Source of the DNA: Haplodiscus bocki | Taxonomy: Eukaryota | Length of the DNA stretch: 64,000 nt | Assembly (NCBI GenBank): GCA_965655095.1 | Contig: OZ296655.1 | Span: forward strand, 35,340,001-35,404,000 | Reading direction: 5' to 3' | Part shown: positions 51,101-64,000 of the stretch, in pieces | How positions within the stretch are numbered: the stretch's first letter is position 1 | How the letters are laid out: the number at the start of each line of letters is the position of its first letter | Notes under the pieces: model-generated | Told to the model about the DNA's origin: nothing | What the model saw: the letters and a program-made list of their open reading frames with translations, nothing else | Database searches by the model: none | Program-made: the position numbers and the translations under genes

Positions 51101-54100
51101 ACCCATTTTTGAAAGTTATGAAATCCAGACAAACCCAATTTCGAAAGGTATGGAACCCAGCCAAACACAAGTAACCCAAAAAGTGTGGCCGAGGAAGTCA
51201 GAGGGCATGGAAATTTGTTTTGTCAGATGACAATCTAAACAGTTGTTTGGCAAATGAATGGCAATGAAGAATGCAATCACCTATGTGATCTGCACTCTAC
51301 AGGAGGCCACATTATAACAGTAACCAGGACGACAACCAAAATTTTGATCAAAGATACAACGAAACAATTGGTAGTAGTAAAGGTTTTAGTGGGTGTCAAC
51401 CATACGGGATTTTCGGACCTTTATTTCCATTCAGTGTCCGACCGCAAAGTTCATGGTTGTTGTCACTTTGTTGTTTTCGTTACAAATTCCACAGTTGCTG
51501 GAATTACGCCATGTGCAGGAGCTATCCGGATTGTACATGGTGTCGAGGAAGTTCCAGAAAAACTGTGTCAGTGACTTTTTATCCATGACAGAGTTCGGAT
51601 TTTTATTGATCCGATTAGCCAATCCTTTTGATCGTTGAAAGAAAATTCCTCCAGTTTTTTGGAAGCGAGTTTTTCAAGACTGCTGGGGCCTACTGCTTTT
51701 GTGTTGTTCGCGACTTCACCATTTCTAGGTGGCTTGTATCGATATAAAAAACAGTTGTTGACAAGTGCGAAGTGGTAGAGCTAATCATGTTTTTCCAGGT
51801 AGTGTGGGAGAGGTAGAAACTTGACTTTTTTGAAACTGCCCTCTTACGGTTTGTTTTGATGCACCACCTCGTTTGTAGCTGTGCGTCGGATGTGCTCCAT
51901 GTCTTTCAATTGGTCATTGGTTGTGTACCGCGCCTGTGACGTGTCGCTGAATGTAGGCAAAACGTATCCTTTGAAGGCAATACTTTGGTGTTTTCACTGC
52001 ATTTCGGAGATACGCTTCGTTTTGTTGTTTGTAATGCTGACATTGCATTTCCACGTCGCCTTCTACAGTTTTCCTTTTATGCCATGGATTTACACACGAT
52101 GATCCTCATGACTTTATGTTGTTCAACACATTAATTACTGGTTGTTAATGTTTGTAGCCAGAGTTACTCGGAAAGTGAAAACCCTGCATTTGTCGACATT
52201 CAGAGAAATTGAATTGTTGTTGCACCATTCTGAGATGAATTTAGCTGAAATGTCAAGTGGCGATTGATTGAGTTCTAGATTTTGAAGTCATCGGCAATTT
52301 CGCAGCTCATTTCACACGTCGTTGCGCTCTCACTCATGCAGCATTGTTTGTTGGGAGCCATACTTGAATGTCTTTTGACTTTGCAACCAAAACTGCAAAA
52401 GATGAAGTGTGAACATGCTTTTACTGCTTCTTCTCGAAAGATTTTCTGTTGTTCCACTTCGTTTTACGTGTTATTTTGAGTAATTTTGCCTCCATTACGG
52501 AAGTTCCGGCACGGAAACGCCCGGCAACCGTAGTTTTTCAACACCCTATTTTTCAAACCCATTTTTGAAAGTTATGAAATCCAGACAAACACAAATTCGA
52601 AAGGTATCGATTCCAGCCAAACACAAGTAACCCAAAAAGTATGGCCGAGAAAGTCAGAGGGCATGGAAATTTGTTTTGTCAGATGACAATCTAAACCGTT
52701 GTTTGGAAAGTGAATGGCAATGAAGAATGCAATCACCTATGTGATCTGCACACTACGGGAGGCCACATTATAACAGTAACCAGGACGACAACCAAAACTT
52801 TGATCAAAGATACAACGAAACAATTTGTAGTAGTATAGACTTTAGTGGTTGTCAACCATACTGGTTTTTCGAACCTTTATTTCCATTCAGTGTCCCACCG
52901 CAAAGTTCATGGCTATTGTCACTTTGTTGTTTTCGTTACAATTTTTACACTTACTGGGAGTACGCCATGTGCAGGATCTCTCCAGATTGTACATGGTGTC
53001 GAAGGAGTTCCAGAAAAACTGTGTCAGTGACTTTTTATCCATGACAGAGTTCGGATTTTTATTGATCCGATTTGCCAATCTTCTTGATCAGTGAAAAAAA
53101 TTTTCTGCAGTTTTTTGGAAGCGAGTTTTTCTAGACTGCTGTGGCCTACTGTTTTTGTCTTGTTCGCGACTTCAACAATTCTAGGTGGCTTGTATCGATA
53201 AAAAAAACAGTTGTTGACAAGTGCAAATTGGTAGAGCTAGTCATGTTTCTCCATGTAGTGTGGGAGAGGTATGAACTTGACTTTTTGGAAACTGTCCTCT
53301 TACGATTTGTTTTGATGCACGATCCAATTTGTAGCTGTGCGTAGGCTGTGTTCCATGTCTTTCAGTTGGTCATTGTTTGTGTACCGCGCTTGTGACGTGT
53401 CGCTGAATGTAGGCAAAACGTATCCTTTGAAGGCAATACTTTGGTGTTTTCACTGCATTTCGGAGATACGCTTCGTTTTGTTGTTTGTAATGCTGACATT
53501 GCATTTCCACGTCGCCTTCTACAGTTTTCCTTTTATGCCATGGATTTACACACGATGATCCTCATGACTTTCTGTTGTTCAACACATTAATTACTGGTTG
53601 TTAATGTTTGTAGCCAGAGTTACTCGGAAAGTGAAAACCCTGCATTTGTCGACATTCAGAGAAATTGAATTGTTGTTGCACCATTCTGAGATGAATTTAG
53701 CTGAAATGTCAAGTGGCGATTGATTGAGTTCTAGATTTTGAAGTCATCGGCAATTTCGCAGCTCATTTCACACGTCGTTGCGCTCTCACTCATGCGGCTT
53801 CGTTTGTTGAGAGCCATACTTGAATGTCTTTTGACTTTGCAACCAAAACTGCAACAGATGAAGTGTGAACATGCTTTTATTGCTTCTTCTCGAAAATTTT
53901 TCTGTTGTTCCATTTCGTTTTACGTGTTATTTGACGTAATATATGTTACTCCACTTCGTTTCATGTGTTATTTTGTGTAAAGTTGCCTCCATTACGGATG
54001 TTCGGGCACGGAAACGCCAGGCAACCGTACTTTTTCAACACCCTATTTTTCAAACCCATTTTTGAAAGTTATGAAATCCAGACAAACCCAATTTCGAAAG

Positions 54101-57100
54101 GTATGGAACCCAGCCAAACACAAGTAACCCAAAAAGTGTGGCCGAGGAAGTCAGAGGGCATGGAAATTTGTTTTGTCAGATGACAATCTAAACAGTTGTT
54201 TGGCAAATGAATGGCAATGAAGAATGCAATCACCTATGTGATCTGCACTCTACAGGAGGCCACATTATAACAGTAACCAGGACGACAACCAAAATTTTGA
54301 TCAAAGATACAACGAAATAATTGGTAGTAGTAAAGGTTTTAGTGGGTGTCAACCATACGGGATTTTCGGACCTTTATTTCCATTCAGTGTCCGACCGCAA
54401 AGTTCATGGTTGTTGTCACTTTGTTGTTTTCGTTACAAATTCCACAGTTGCTGGAATTACGCCATGTGCAGGAGCTATCCGGATTGTACATGGTGTCGAG
54501 GAAGTTCCAGAAAAACTGTGTCAGTGACTTTTTGTCCATGACAGAGTTTGGATTCTTATTGATCAGAATTGCCAATCTTTTTGATCGTTGAAAGAAAATT
54601 CCTCCAGTTTTTTGGAAGCGAGTTTTTCAAGACTGCTGGGGCCTACTGCTTTTGTGTTGTTCGCGACTTCACCATTTCTAGGTGGCTTGTATCGATATAA
54701 AAAACAGTTGTTGACAAGTGCGAAGTGGTAGAGCTAATCATGTTTTTCCAGGTAGTGTGGGAGAGGTAGAAACTTGACTTTTTTGAAACTGCCCTCTTAC
54801 GGTTTGTTTTGATGCACCACCTCGTTTGTAGCTGTGCGTCGGATGTGCTCCATGTCTTTCAATTGGTCATTGGTTGTGTACCGCGCCTGTGACGTGTCGC
54901 TGAATGTAGGCAAAACGTATCCTTTGAAGGCAATACTTTGGTGTTTTCACTGCATTTCGGAGATACGCTTCGTTTTGTTGTTTGTAATGCTGACATTGCA
55001 TTTCCACGTCGCCTTCTACAGTTTTCCTTTTATGCCATGGTTTTACACACGATGATCCTCATGACTTTATGTTGTTCAACACATTAATTACTGGTTGTTA
55101 ATGTTTCTAGCCAGAGTTACTCGGAAAGTGAAAACCCTGCATTTGTCGACATTCAGAGAAATTGAATTGTTGTTGCACCATTCTGAGATGAATTTAGCTG
55201 AAATGTCAAGTGGCGATTGATTGAGTTCTAGATTTTGAAGTCATCGGCAATTTCGCAGCTCATTTCACACGTCGTTGCGCTCTCACTCATGCAGCATCGT
55301 TTGTTGGGAGCCATACTTGAATGTCTTTTGACTTTGCAACCAAAACTGCAAAAGATGAAGTGTGAACATGCTTTTATTGCTTCTTCTCGAAAAATTTTCT
55401 GTTGTTCCACTTCGTTTTACGTGTTATTTTGAGTAATTTCGCCTCCATTACGGAAGTTCCGGCACGGAAACGCCCGGCAACCGTAGTTTTTCAACACCCC
55501 ATTTTTCAAACCCATTTTTGAAAGTTAGGAAATCCAGACAAACACAAATTCGAAAGGTATCGATTCCAGTCAAACACAAGTAACCCAATAAGTATGGCCG
55601 AGAAAGTCAGAGGGCATGGAAATTTGTTTTGTCAGATGACAATCTAAACAGTTGTTTGGAAAGTGAATGGCAATGAAGAATGCAATCACCTATGTGATCT
55701 GCACACTACGGGAGGCCACATTATAACAGTAACCAGGACGACAACCAAAACTTTGATCAAAGATACAACGAAACAATTTGTAGTAGTATAGACTTTAGTG
55801 GTTGTCAACCATACTGGTTTTTCGAACCTTTATTTCCATTCAGTGTCCCACCGCAAAGTTCATGGCTATTGTCACTTTGTTGTTTTCGTTACAATTTCTA
55901 CACTTACTGGGAGTACGCCATGTGCAGGAGCTCTCCAGATTGTACATGGTGTCGAAGGAGTTCCAGAAAAACTGTGTCAGTGACTTTTTATCCATGACAG
56001 AGATCGGATTTTTATTGATCCGATTTGCCAATCTTCTTGATCAGTGAAAAAAATTTTCTGCAGTTTTTTGGAAGCGAGTTTTTCTAGACTGCTGTGGCCT
56101 ACTGTTTTTGTCTTGTTTGCGAGTTCAACAATTCTAGGTGGCTTGTATCGGTAAAAAAACAGTTGTTGACAAGTGCGAAGTGGTACAGCTAGTCATGTTT
56201 CTCCATGTAGTGTGGGAGAGGTATGAACTTGACTTTTTTGAAACTGCCCTCTTACGGTTTGTTTTGATGCACCACCTCGTTTGTAGCTGTGCGTCGGATG
56301 TGCTCCATGTCTTTCAATTGGTCATTGGTTGTGTACCGCGCCTGTGACGTGTCGCTGAATGTAGGCAAAACGTATCCTTTGAAGGCAATACTTTGGTGTT
56401 TTCACTGCATTTCGGAGATACGCTTCGTTTTGTTGTTTGTAATGCTGACATTGCATTTCCACGTCGCCTTCTACAGTTTTCCTTTTATGCCATGGTTTTA
56501 CACACGATGATCCCCATGTCTTTTTGATGTTCAACACTTTAGTTACTGGTTGTTAATGTTTCTAGCCAGAGTTCTTAGGAAATTGAAATCCCTGCATTTG
56601 TCGACATTCAGAGAAATTGAATAGTTGTTGCACCATTCTGAGGAAAATCTAGCTGAAATGTCAAGTGGCGTGTGGTTGAGTTCTAGAATTTTGAATTCAT
56701 CGGCAATTTCGCAGCTCATTTCACACGTCGTTGCGCTTCACTCATGCGGCTTCGTTTGTTGAGAGCCATACTTGAATGTCTTTTGACTTTGCAACGAAAA
56801 CTGCAACAGATGAAGTGTGAACATGCTTTTATTGCTTCTTCTCGAAAATTTTTCTGTTGTTCCACTTCGTTTTACGTGTTATTTGACGTAATATATGTTA
56901 CTCCACTTCGTTTCATGTGTTATTTTGTGTAATTTTGCCTCCATTACGGATGTTCGGGCACGGAAACGCCCGGCAACCGTACTTTTTCAACACCCTATTT
57001 TTCAAACCCATTTTTGAATGTTATGGAACCCAGCCAAACACAAGTAACCCAAAAAGTGTGGCCGAGAAAGTCAGAGCGCATGGAAATTTGTTTTATCAGA

Positions 57101-60100
57101 TGACAATCTAAACAGTTGTTTGGAAAGTGAATGGCAATGAAGAATGCAATCACCTATGTGATCTGCACACTACAGGAGGACACATTATAACAGTAACAAG
57201 GACGACAACCAAAATTTTGATCAAAGATACAACGAAACATTTTGTAGTAGTAAAGACTTTAGTGGTTGTCAACCATACGGGTTTTTCGAACCTTTATTTC
57301 CATTCAGTGTCCCACCGCAAAGTTCATGGCTATTGTCACTTTGTTGTTTTCGTTACAATTTCTACACTTACTGGGAGTACGCCATGTGCAGGAGCTCTCC
57401 AGATTGTACATGGTGTCGAAGGAGTTCCAGAAAAACTGTGTCAGTGACTTTTTGTCCATGACAGAGTTTGGATTCTTATTGATCAGATTTGCCAATCTTT
57501 TTGATCGTTGAAAGAAAATTCCTCCAGTTTTTTGGCAGCGAGTTTTTCAAGACCGCTGGGGCCTACTGCTTTTGTGTTGTTCGCGACTTCACCATTTCTA
57601 GGTGGCTTGTATCGGTATAAAAAACAGTTGTTGACAAGTGCGAAGTGGTAGAGCTAATCATGTTTTTCCAGGTAGTGTGGTAGAGGTAGGAAACTGACTT
57701 TTTGGAAACTGTCCTCTTACGGTTTGTTTTGATGCACGATCCAACTTTTAGCTGTGCGTCGTATGTGTTCCATGTCTTTCAGTTTGTCATTGGTTGTGTA
57801 CCGCGCTTGTGACGTGTCGCTGAATGTAGGCAAAACGTATCCTTTGAAGGCAATACTTTGGTGTTTTCACTGCATTTCGGAGATACGCTTCGTTTTGTTG
57901 TTTGTAATGCTGACATTGCTTTTCCACGTCGCCTTCTACAGTTTTCCTTTTATGCCATGGATTTACACACGATGATCATCCTGACTTTCTGATGTTCAAC
58001 ACATTAATTACTGGTTGTTAATGTTTGTAGCCAGAGTTACTCGGAAATTGAAAACCCTGCAATTTTCGACATTCAGAGAAATTGAATTGTTGTGGCACTA
58101 TTCTGAGATAAATTTAGCTGAAATGTCAAGTGGCGATTGATTGAGTTCTAGATTTTGAAGTCATCGGCAATTTCGCAGCTCATTTCACACGTCGTTGCGC
58201 TCTCACTCATGCAGCATCGTTTGTTGGCAGCCATACTTGAATGTCTTTTGACTTTGCAACCAAAACTGCAAAAGATGAAGTGTGAACATGCTTTTATTGC
58301 TTCTTCTCGAAAAATTTTCTGTTGTTCCACTTCGTTTTACGTGTTATTTTGAGTAATTTCGCCTCCATTACGGAAGTTCCGGCACGGAAACGCCCGGCAA
58401 CCGTAGTTTTTCAACACCCCATTTTTCAAACCCATTTTTGAAAGTTAGGAAATCCAGACAAACCCAAATTCGAAAGGTATGGAACCCAGCCAAACACAAG
58501 TAACCCAAAAAGTATGGCCGAGAAAGTCAGAGCGCATGGAAATTTGTTTTGTCAGATGACAATCTAAACAGTTGTTTGGCAAATGAATGGCAATGAAGAA
58601 TGCAATCATCTATGTGATCTGCACACTACAGGACGCCATATTATAACAGTAACCAGGACGACAACCAAAACTTTGATCAAAGATACAACGAAACAATATG
58701 TTGTAGTAAAGACTTTAGTAGTTGTCAACCATACGGGTTTTTCGAACCTTTATTTCCATTCAGTGTCACACCGCAAAGTTCATGGCTATTGTCACTTTGT
58801 TGTTTTCGTTACAATTTCTACACTTACTGGGAGTACGCCATGTGCAGGAGCTCTCCAGATTGTACATGGTGTCGAAGGAGTTTCAGAAAAACTGTGTCAG
58901 TGACTTTTATCCATGACAGAGTTCGGGTTTTTATTGATCCGATTTGCCAATTTTTTGATCGTTGAAAAAAATTTTCTGCAGTTTTTTGGAAGCGAGTTTT
59001 TCTAGACTGCTGGGGCCTATTGTTTTTGTCTTGTTCGCGATTTCACCAAATCTAGGTGGCATGTATCGATATAAAAAACAGTTGTTGACCAATGCCAAGT
59101 GGTAGAGCTAATCATGTTTTTTCAGGTAGTGTGGGAGAGGTGGGAACTTGACTTTTTGGAAACTGTCCTCTTACGGTTTGTTTTGATGCACGATCCAATT
59201 TGTAGCTAAGCGTCGGATGTGTTCCATGTCTTTCAGTTGGTCATTGGTTGTGTACCGCGCTTGTGACGTGTCGCTGAATGTAGGCAAAACGTATCCTTTG
59301 AAGGCAATACTTTGGTGTTTTCACTGCATTTCGGAGATACGCTTCGTTTTGTTGTTTGTAATGCTGACATTGCATTTCCACGTCGCCTTCTACAGTTTTC
59401 CTTTTATGCCATGGATTTACACACGATGATCATCATGACTTTCTGATGTTCAACACATTAATTACTGGTTGTTAATGTTTGTAGCCAGAGTTACTCGGAA
59501 AGTGAAAACCCTGCATTTGTCGACATTCAGAGAAATTGAATTGTTGTTGCACCATTCTGAGGAAAATTCAGCCGAAATGTCAAGTGGCGTGTGGTTGAGT
59601 TCTAGAATTTTGAAGTCACCGGCAATTTCGCAGCTCATTTCACACGTCGTTGCGCTCTCACTCATGCGGCTTCGTTTGTTGAGAGCCATACTTGAATGTC
59701 TTTTGACTTTGCAACCAAAACTGCAAAAGATGAAGTGTGAACATGCTTTTACTGCTTCTTCTCGAAAAATTTTCTGTAGTTCCACTTCGTTTTTTGTGTT
59801 GTTTGACGTACTTTATGTTACTCCACTTCGTTTCATATGTTTTTTTTTGTGTAATGTTGCCTCCATTACGGATGTTCGGGCACGGAAACGTCCGGCAACC
59901 GTACTTTTTCAACACCCTATTTTTCAAACCCATTATGGAAAGTTATGAAATCCAGACAAACCCAAATTCGAAAGTTATGGAACCCAGCCAAACACAAGTA
60001 ACCCAAAAAGTGTGGCCAAGGAAGTCAGAGGGCATGGAAATTTGTTTTGTCAGATGACAATCTAAACAGTTGTTTGGCAAATGAATGGCAATGAAGAATG

Positions 60101-63100
60101 CAATCACCTATGTGATCTGCACACTACAGGAGGCCACATTATAACAGTAACAAGGACGACAACCAAAATTTTGATCAAAGATACAACGAAACAATTTGTA
60201 GTAGTAAAGACTTTAGTGGGTGTCAACCATACGGGATTTTCGGACCTTTATTTCCATTCAGTGTCCGACCGCAAAGTTCAGGGTTGTTGTCACTTTGTTG
60301 TTTTCGTTACAAATTCCACAGTTGCTGGAATTACGCCATGTGCAGGAGCTATCCGGATTGTACATGGTGTCGAGGAAGTTCCAGAAAAACTGTGTCAGTG
60401 ACTTTTTGTCCATGAGAGAGTTTGGATTCTTATTGATCAGAATTGCCAATCTTTTTGATCGTTGAAAGAAAATTTCTCCAGTTTTTTGGAAGCGAGTTTT
60501 TCAAGACTGCTGGGGCCTACTGCTTTTGTGTTGTTCGCGACTTCACCATTTCTAGGTGGCTTGTATCGGTATAAAAAACAGTTGTTGACAAGTGCGAAGT
60601 GGTAGAGCTTATCATGTTTTTCCAGGTAGTGTGGTAGAGGTAGGAAATTGACTTTTTGGAAACTGTCCTCTTACGGTTTGTTTTGATGCACGATCCAATT
60701 TGTAGCTGTGCGTCGGATGTGTTCCATGTCTTTCAATTGGTCATTGGTTGTGTACCGCGCTTGTGACGTGTCGCTGAATGTAGGCAAAACGTATCCTTTG
60801 AAGGCAATACTTTGGTGTTTTCACTGCATTTCGGAGATACGCTTCGTTTTGTTGTTTGTAATGCTGACATTGCATTTCCACGTCGCCTTCTACAGTTTTC
60901 CTTTTATGCCATGGTTTTACACACGATGATCCCCATGTCTTTTTGATGTTCAATACTTTAGTTACTGGTTGTTATGGTTTCTAGCCAGAGTTCCTAGAAA
61001 ATTGAAATCCCTGCATTTGTCGACATTCAGAGAAATTGAATTGTTGTTGCACCGTTCTGAGGAAAATTTAGCTGAATTGTCAAGTGGCGTTTGGTTGAGT
61101 TGTAGAATTTTGAAGTCATCGGCAATTTCGCAGCTCATTTCACACGTCGTTGCGCTCTCACTCATGCGGCTTCGTTTGTTGAGAGCCATACTTGAATATC
61201 TTTTGACTTTGCAAACAAAACTGCAACAGATGAAGTGTGAACATGCTTTTATTGCTTCTTCTCGAAAATTTTTCTGTTGTTCCACTTCGTTTTACGTGTT
61301 ATTTGACGTAATATATGTTACTCCACTTCGTTTCATGTGTTATTTTGTGTAATGTTGCCTCCATTACGGATGTTCGGTCACGGAAACGCCCGGCAACCGT
61401 ACTTTTTCAACACCCTATTTTTCAAACCCATTTTTGAAAGTTATGAAATCCAGACAAACCCAAATTCGAAATGTATGGAACCCAACCAAACACAAGTAAC
61501 CCAAAAAGTGTGGCCGAGGATGTCAGAGGGCATGGAAATTTGTTTTGTCAGATGACAATCTAAACATTTGTTTGGCAAATGAATGGAAATGAAGAATGCA
61601 ATCACCTATGTGATCTGCACACTACAGGAGGCCACATTATAACAGTAACCAGGACGACAACCAAAACTTTGATCAAAGATACAACGAAACAATTTGTAGT
61701 AGTAAAGACTTTAGTGGTTGTCAACCATACGGGTTTTTCGAACCTTTATTTCCATTCAGTGTCCCACCGCAAAGTTCATGGCTATTGTCACTTTGTTGTT
61801 TTCGTTACAAATTCCACAGTTGCTGGAATTACGCCATGTGCAGGAGCTCTCCGGATTGTACATGGTGTCCAGGAAGTTCCAGAAGAACTGTGTCAGTGAC
61901 TTTTTGTCCATGACAGAGTTTGGATTCTTATTGATCAGATTTGCCAATCTTTTTGATCGTTGAAAGAAAATTTCTCCAGTTTTTTTGGAAGCGAGTATTT
62001 CAAGACTGCTGGGGCCTACTGCTTTTGTGTTGTTCGCAACTTCACCATTTCTAGGTGGCTTGTATCGATATAAAAAACAGTTGTTGACAAGTGCGAAGTG
62101 GTAGAGCTAATCATGTTTTTCCAGGTAGTGTGGGAGAGGTAGAAAATTGACTTTTTGGAAACTGCCCTCTTACGGTTTGTTTTGATGCACCACCTCGTTT
62201 GTAGCTGTGCGTCGGATGTGCTCCATGTCTTTCAATTGGTCATTGGTTGTGTACCGCGCCTGTGACGTGTCGCTGAATGTAGGCAAAACGTATCCTTTGA
62301 AGGCAATACTTTGGTGTTTTCACTGCATTTCGGAGATACGCTTCGTTTTGTTGTTTGTAATGCTGACATTGCTTTTCCACGTCGCCTTCTACAGTTTTCC
62401 TTTTATGCCATGGATTTACACACGATGATCTTCATGACTTTCTGATGTTCAACACATTAATTACTGGTTGTTAATGTTTGTAGCCAGAGTTACTCGGAAA
62501 TTGAAAACCCTGCAATTGTCGACATTCAGAGAAATTGAATTGTTGTTGCACCGTTCTGAGGAAAATTTAGCTGAATTGTCAAGTGGCGTTTGGTTGAGTT
62601 GTAGAATTTTGAAGTCATCGGCAATTTCGCAGCTCATTTCACACGTCGTTGCGCTCTCACTCATGCGGCTTCGTTTGTTGAGAGCCATACTTGAATATCT
62701 TTTGACTTTGCAACCAAAACTGCAACAGATGAAGTGTGAACATGCTTTTATTGCTTCTTCTCGAAAATTTTTCTGTTGTTCCACTTCGTTTTACGTGTTA
62801 TTTGACGTAATATATGTTACTCCACTTCGTTTCATGTGTTATTTGGTGTAATGTTGCCTCCATTACGGATGTTCGGTCACGGAAACGCCCGGCAACCGTA
62901 CTTTTTCAACACCCTATTTTTCAAACCCATTTTTGAAAGTTATGAAATCCAGACAAACCCAAATTCGAAATAAATGGAACCCAGCCAAACACAAGTAACC
63001 CAAAAAGTTTGGCCGAGAAAGTCAGAGCGCATGGAAATTTGTTTTGTCAGATGACAATCTAAACAGTTGTTTGGCAAATGAATGGCAATGGAAAATGCAA

Positions 63101-64000
63101 TCACCTATGTGATCTGCACACTACAGGAGGCCACATTATAACAGTAACCAGGACGACAACCAAAACCTTGATCAAAGATACAACGAAACAATTTGTAGTA
63201 GTAAAGACTTTAGTGGTTGTCAAACATACGGGTTTTTCGAACCTTTATTTGCATTCTGTGTCCCACCGCAAAGTTCATGGCTATTGTCACTTTGTTGTTT
63301 TCGTTACAATTTCTACACTTACTGGGAGTGGGAGTACGCCATGTGCAGGAGCTCTCCAGATTGTACATGGTGTCGAAGGAGTTCCAGAAAAACTGTGTCA
63401 GTGACTTTTTATCCATGACAGAGTTCGGGTTTTTATTGATCCGATTTGCCAATCTTTTTGATCGTTGAAAAAATTTTTCTGCAGTATTTTGGAAGCAAGT
63501 TTTTCTAGACTGCTGGAGCCTATTGTTTTTGTCTTGTTCGCGATTTCACCAAATCTAGGTGGCATGTATCGATATAAAAAACAGTTGTTGACCAATGCCA
63601 AATGGTAGAGCTAATCAGGTTTTTCCAGGTAGTGTGGGAGAGGTAGAAACTTGACTTTTTTGAAACTGTCCTCTTACGATTTGTTTTGATGCACGATCCA
63701 ATTTGTAGCTGTGCGTCGGATGTGTTCCATGTCTTTCAGTTGGTCATTGTTTGTGTACCGCGCTTGTGACGTGTCGCTGAATGTAGGCAAAACGTATCCT
63801 TTCAAGGCAATACTTTGGTGTTTTCACTTCATTTCGGAGATACGCTTCGTTTTGTTGTTTGTATTGCTGACATTGCTTTTCCACGTCGCCTTCTACAGTT
63901 TTCCTTTTATGCCATGGATTTACACAGGATGATCCTCATGACTTTCTGATGTTCAACACATTAATTACTGGTTGTTAATGTTTGTAGCCAGAGTTACTCG

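Larger units (their letters stand above)
31495..64000. repeat. Macrosatellite array B (~22 units of 1452-1499 bp, continuing beyond the window)
   Basis: The anchor RTGAATGGCAATGAAGAATGC (or close variants) occurs at 31932, 33430, 34928, 36423, 37920, 39416, 40911, 42363, 43859, 45314, 46810, 48263, 49759, 51254, 52710, 54207, 55663, 57127, 58583, 60081, 61579 and 63078. Confidence 0.98.

Noticed and set aside
31905-63932. Repeated 60-160 aa ORFs in array B (such as MNGNEECNHL.., MRRMCSMSF..) as a tandem gene family
   Set aside because: They are antisense or off-frame to the decayed RT, have variable stops and frameshifts among copies, and show no domain. Their recurrence reflects DNA repetition.
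2083-64000. CRISPR array or prokaryotic operon
   Set aside because: Repeats are kilobase-scale without unique spacers, there are no cas-like ORFs, and all recognisable coding content is eukaryotic non-LTR retrotransposon.

Overview
This is eukaryotic, repeat-dominated DNA with no recognisable host gene. Nearly all short ORFs in the track are repeated decay products of non-LTR retrotransposons. (1) 1-2082 is largely unexplained flank. (2) 2083-28748 is macrosatellite array A, with 10 units in long (~2.45 kb) and short (~1.44-1.45 kb) forms in the order L S S S L L L S S L. Each unit holds a decayed PHD-finger ORF start and the 5' endonuclease part of an RTE-like LINE. The last unit runs on into the unamplified parent RTE element, to ~30170. 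(3) That last unit is interrupted at 20679-27866 by two head-to-tail CR1/L2-type LINEs: LINE-a is near full length, and LINE-b has a PHD ORF1 but lacks the RT core. (4) From ~31495 to the window end is macrosatellite array B, ~22 units of 1452-1499 bp with a ~2.95 kb dimeric higher-order repeat, each carrying the inverted 3' end of a related CR1/L2 ORF2. The top candidate is a ~31-nt AG-terminated leader, reconstructed as GCCTAATTGTTGTGATAAACTTATTAAATAG. It sits at the 5' end of LINE-a and, degenerate, just before the unrelated PHD ORF in array A, suggesting spliced-leader trans-spliced retrotransposon RNAs. In both inserted LINEs ORF1 and ORF2 are in frame with no AUG near the ORF2 start, joined by a stop-CTA readthrough context.
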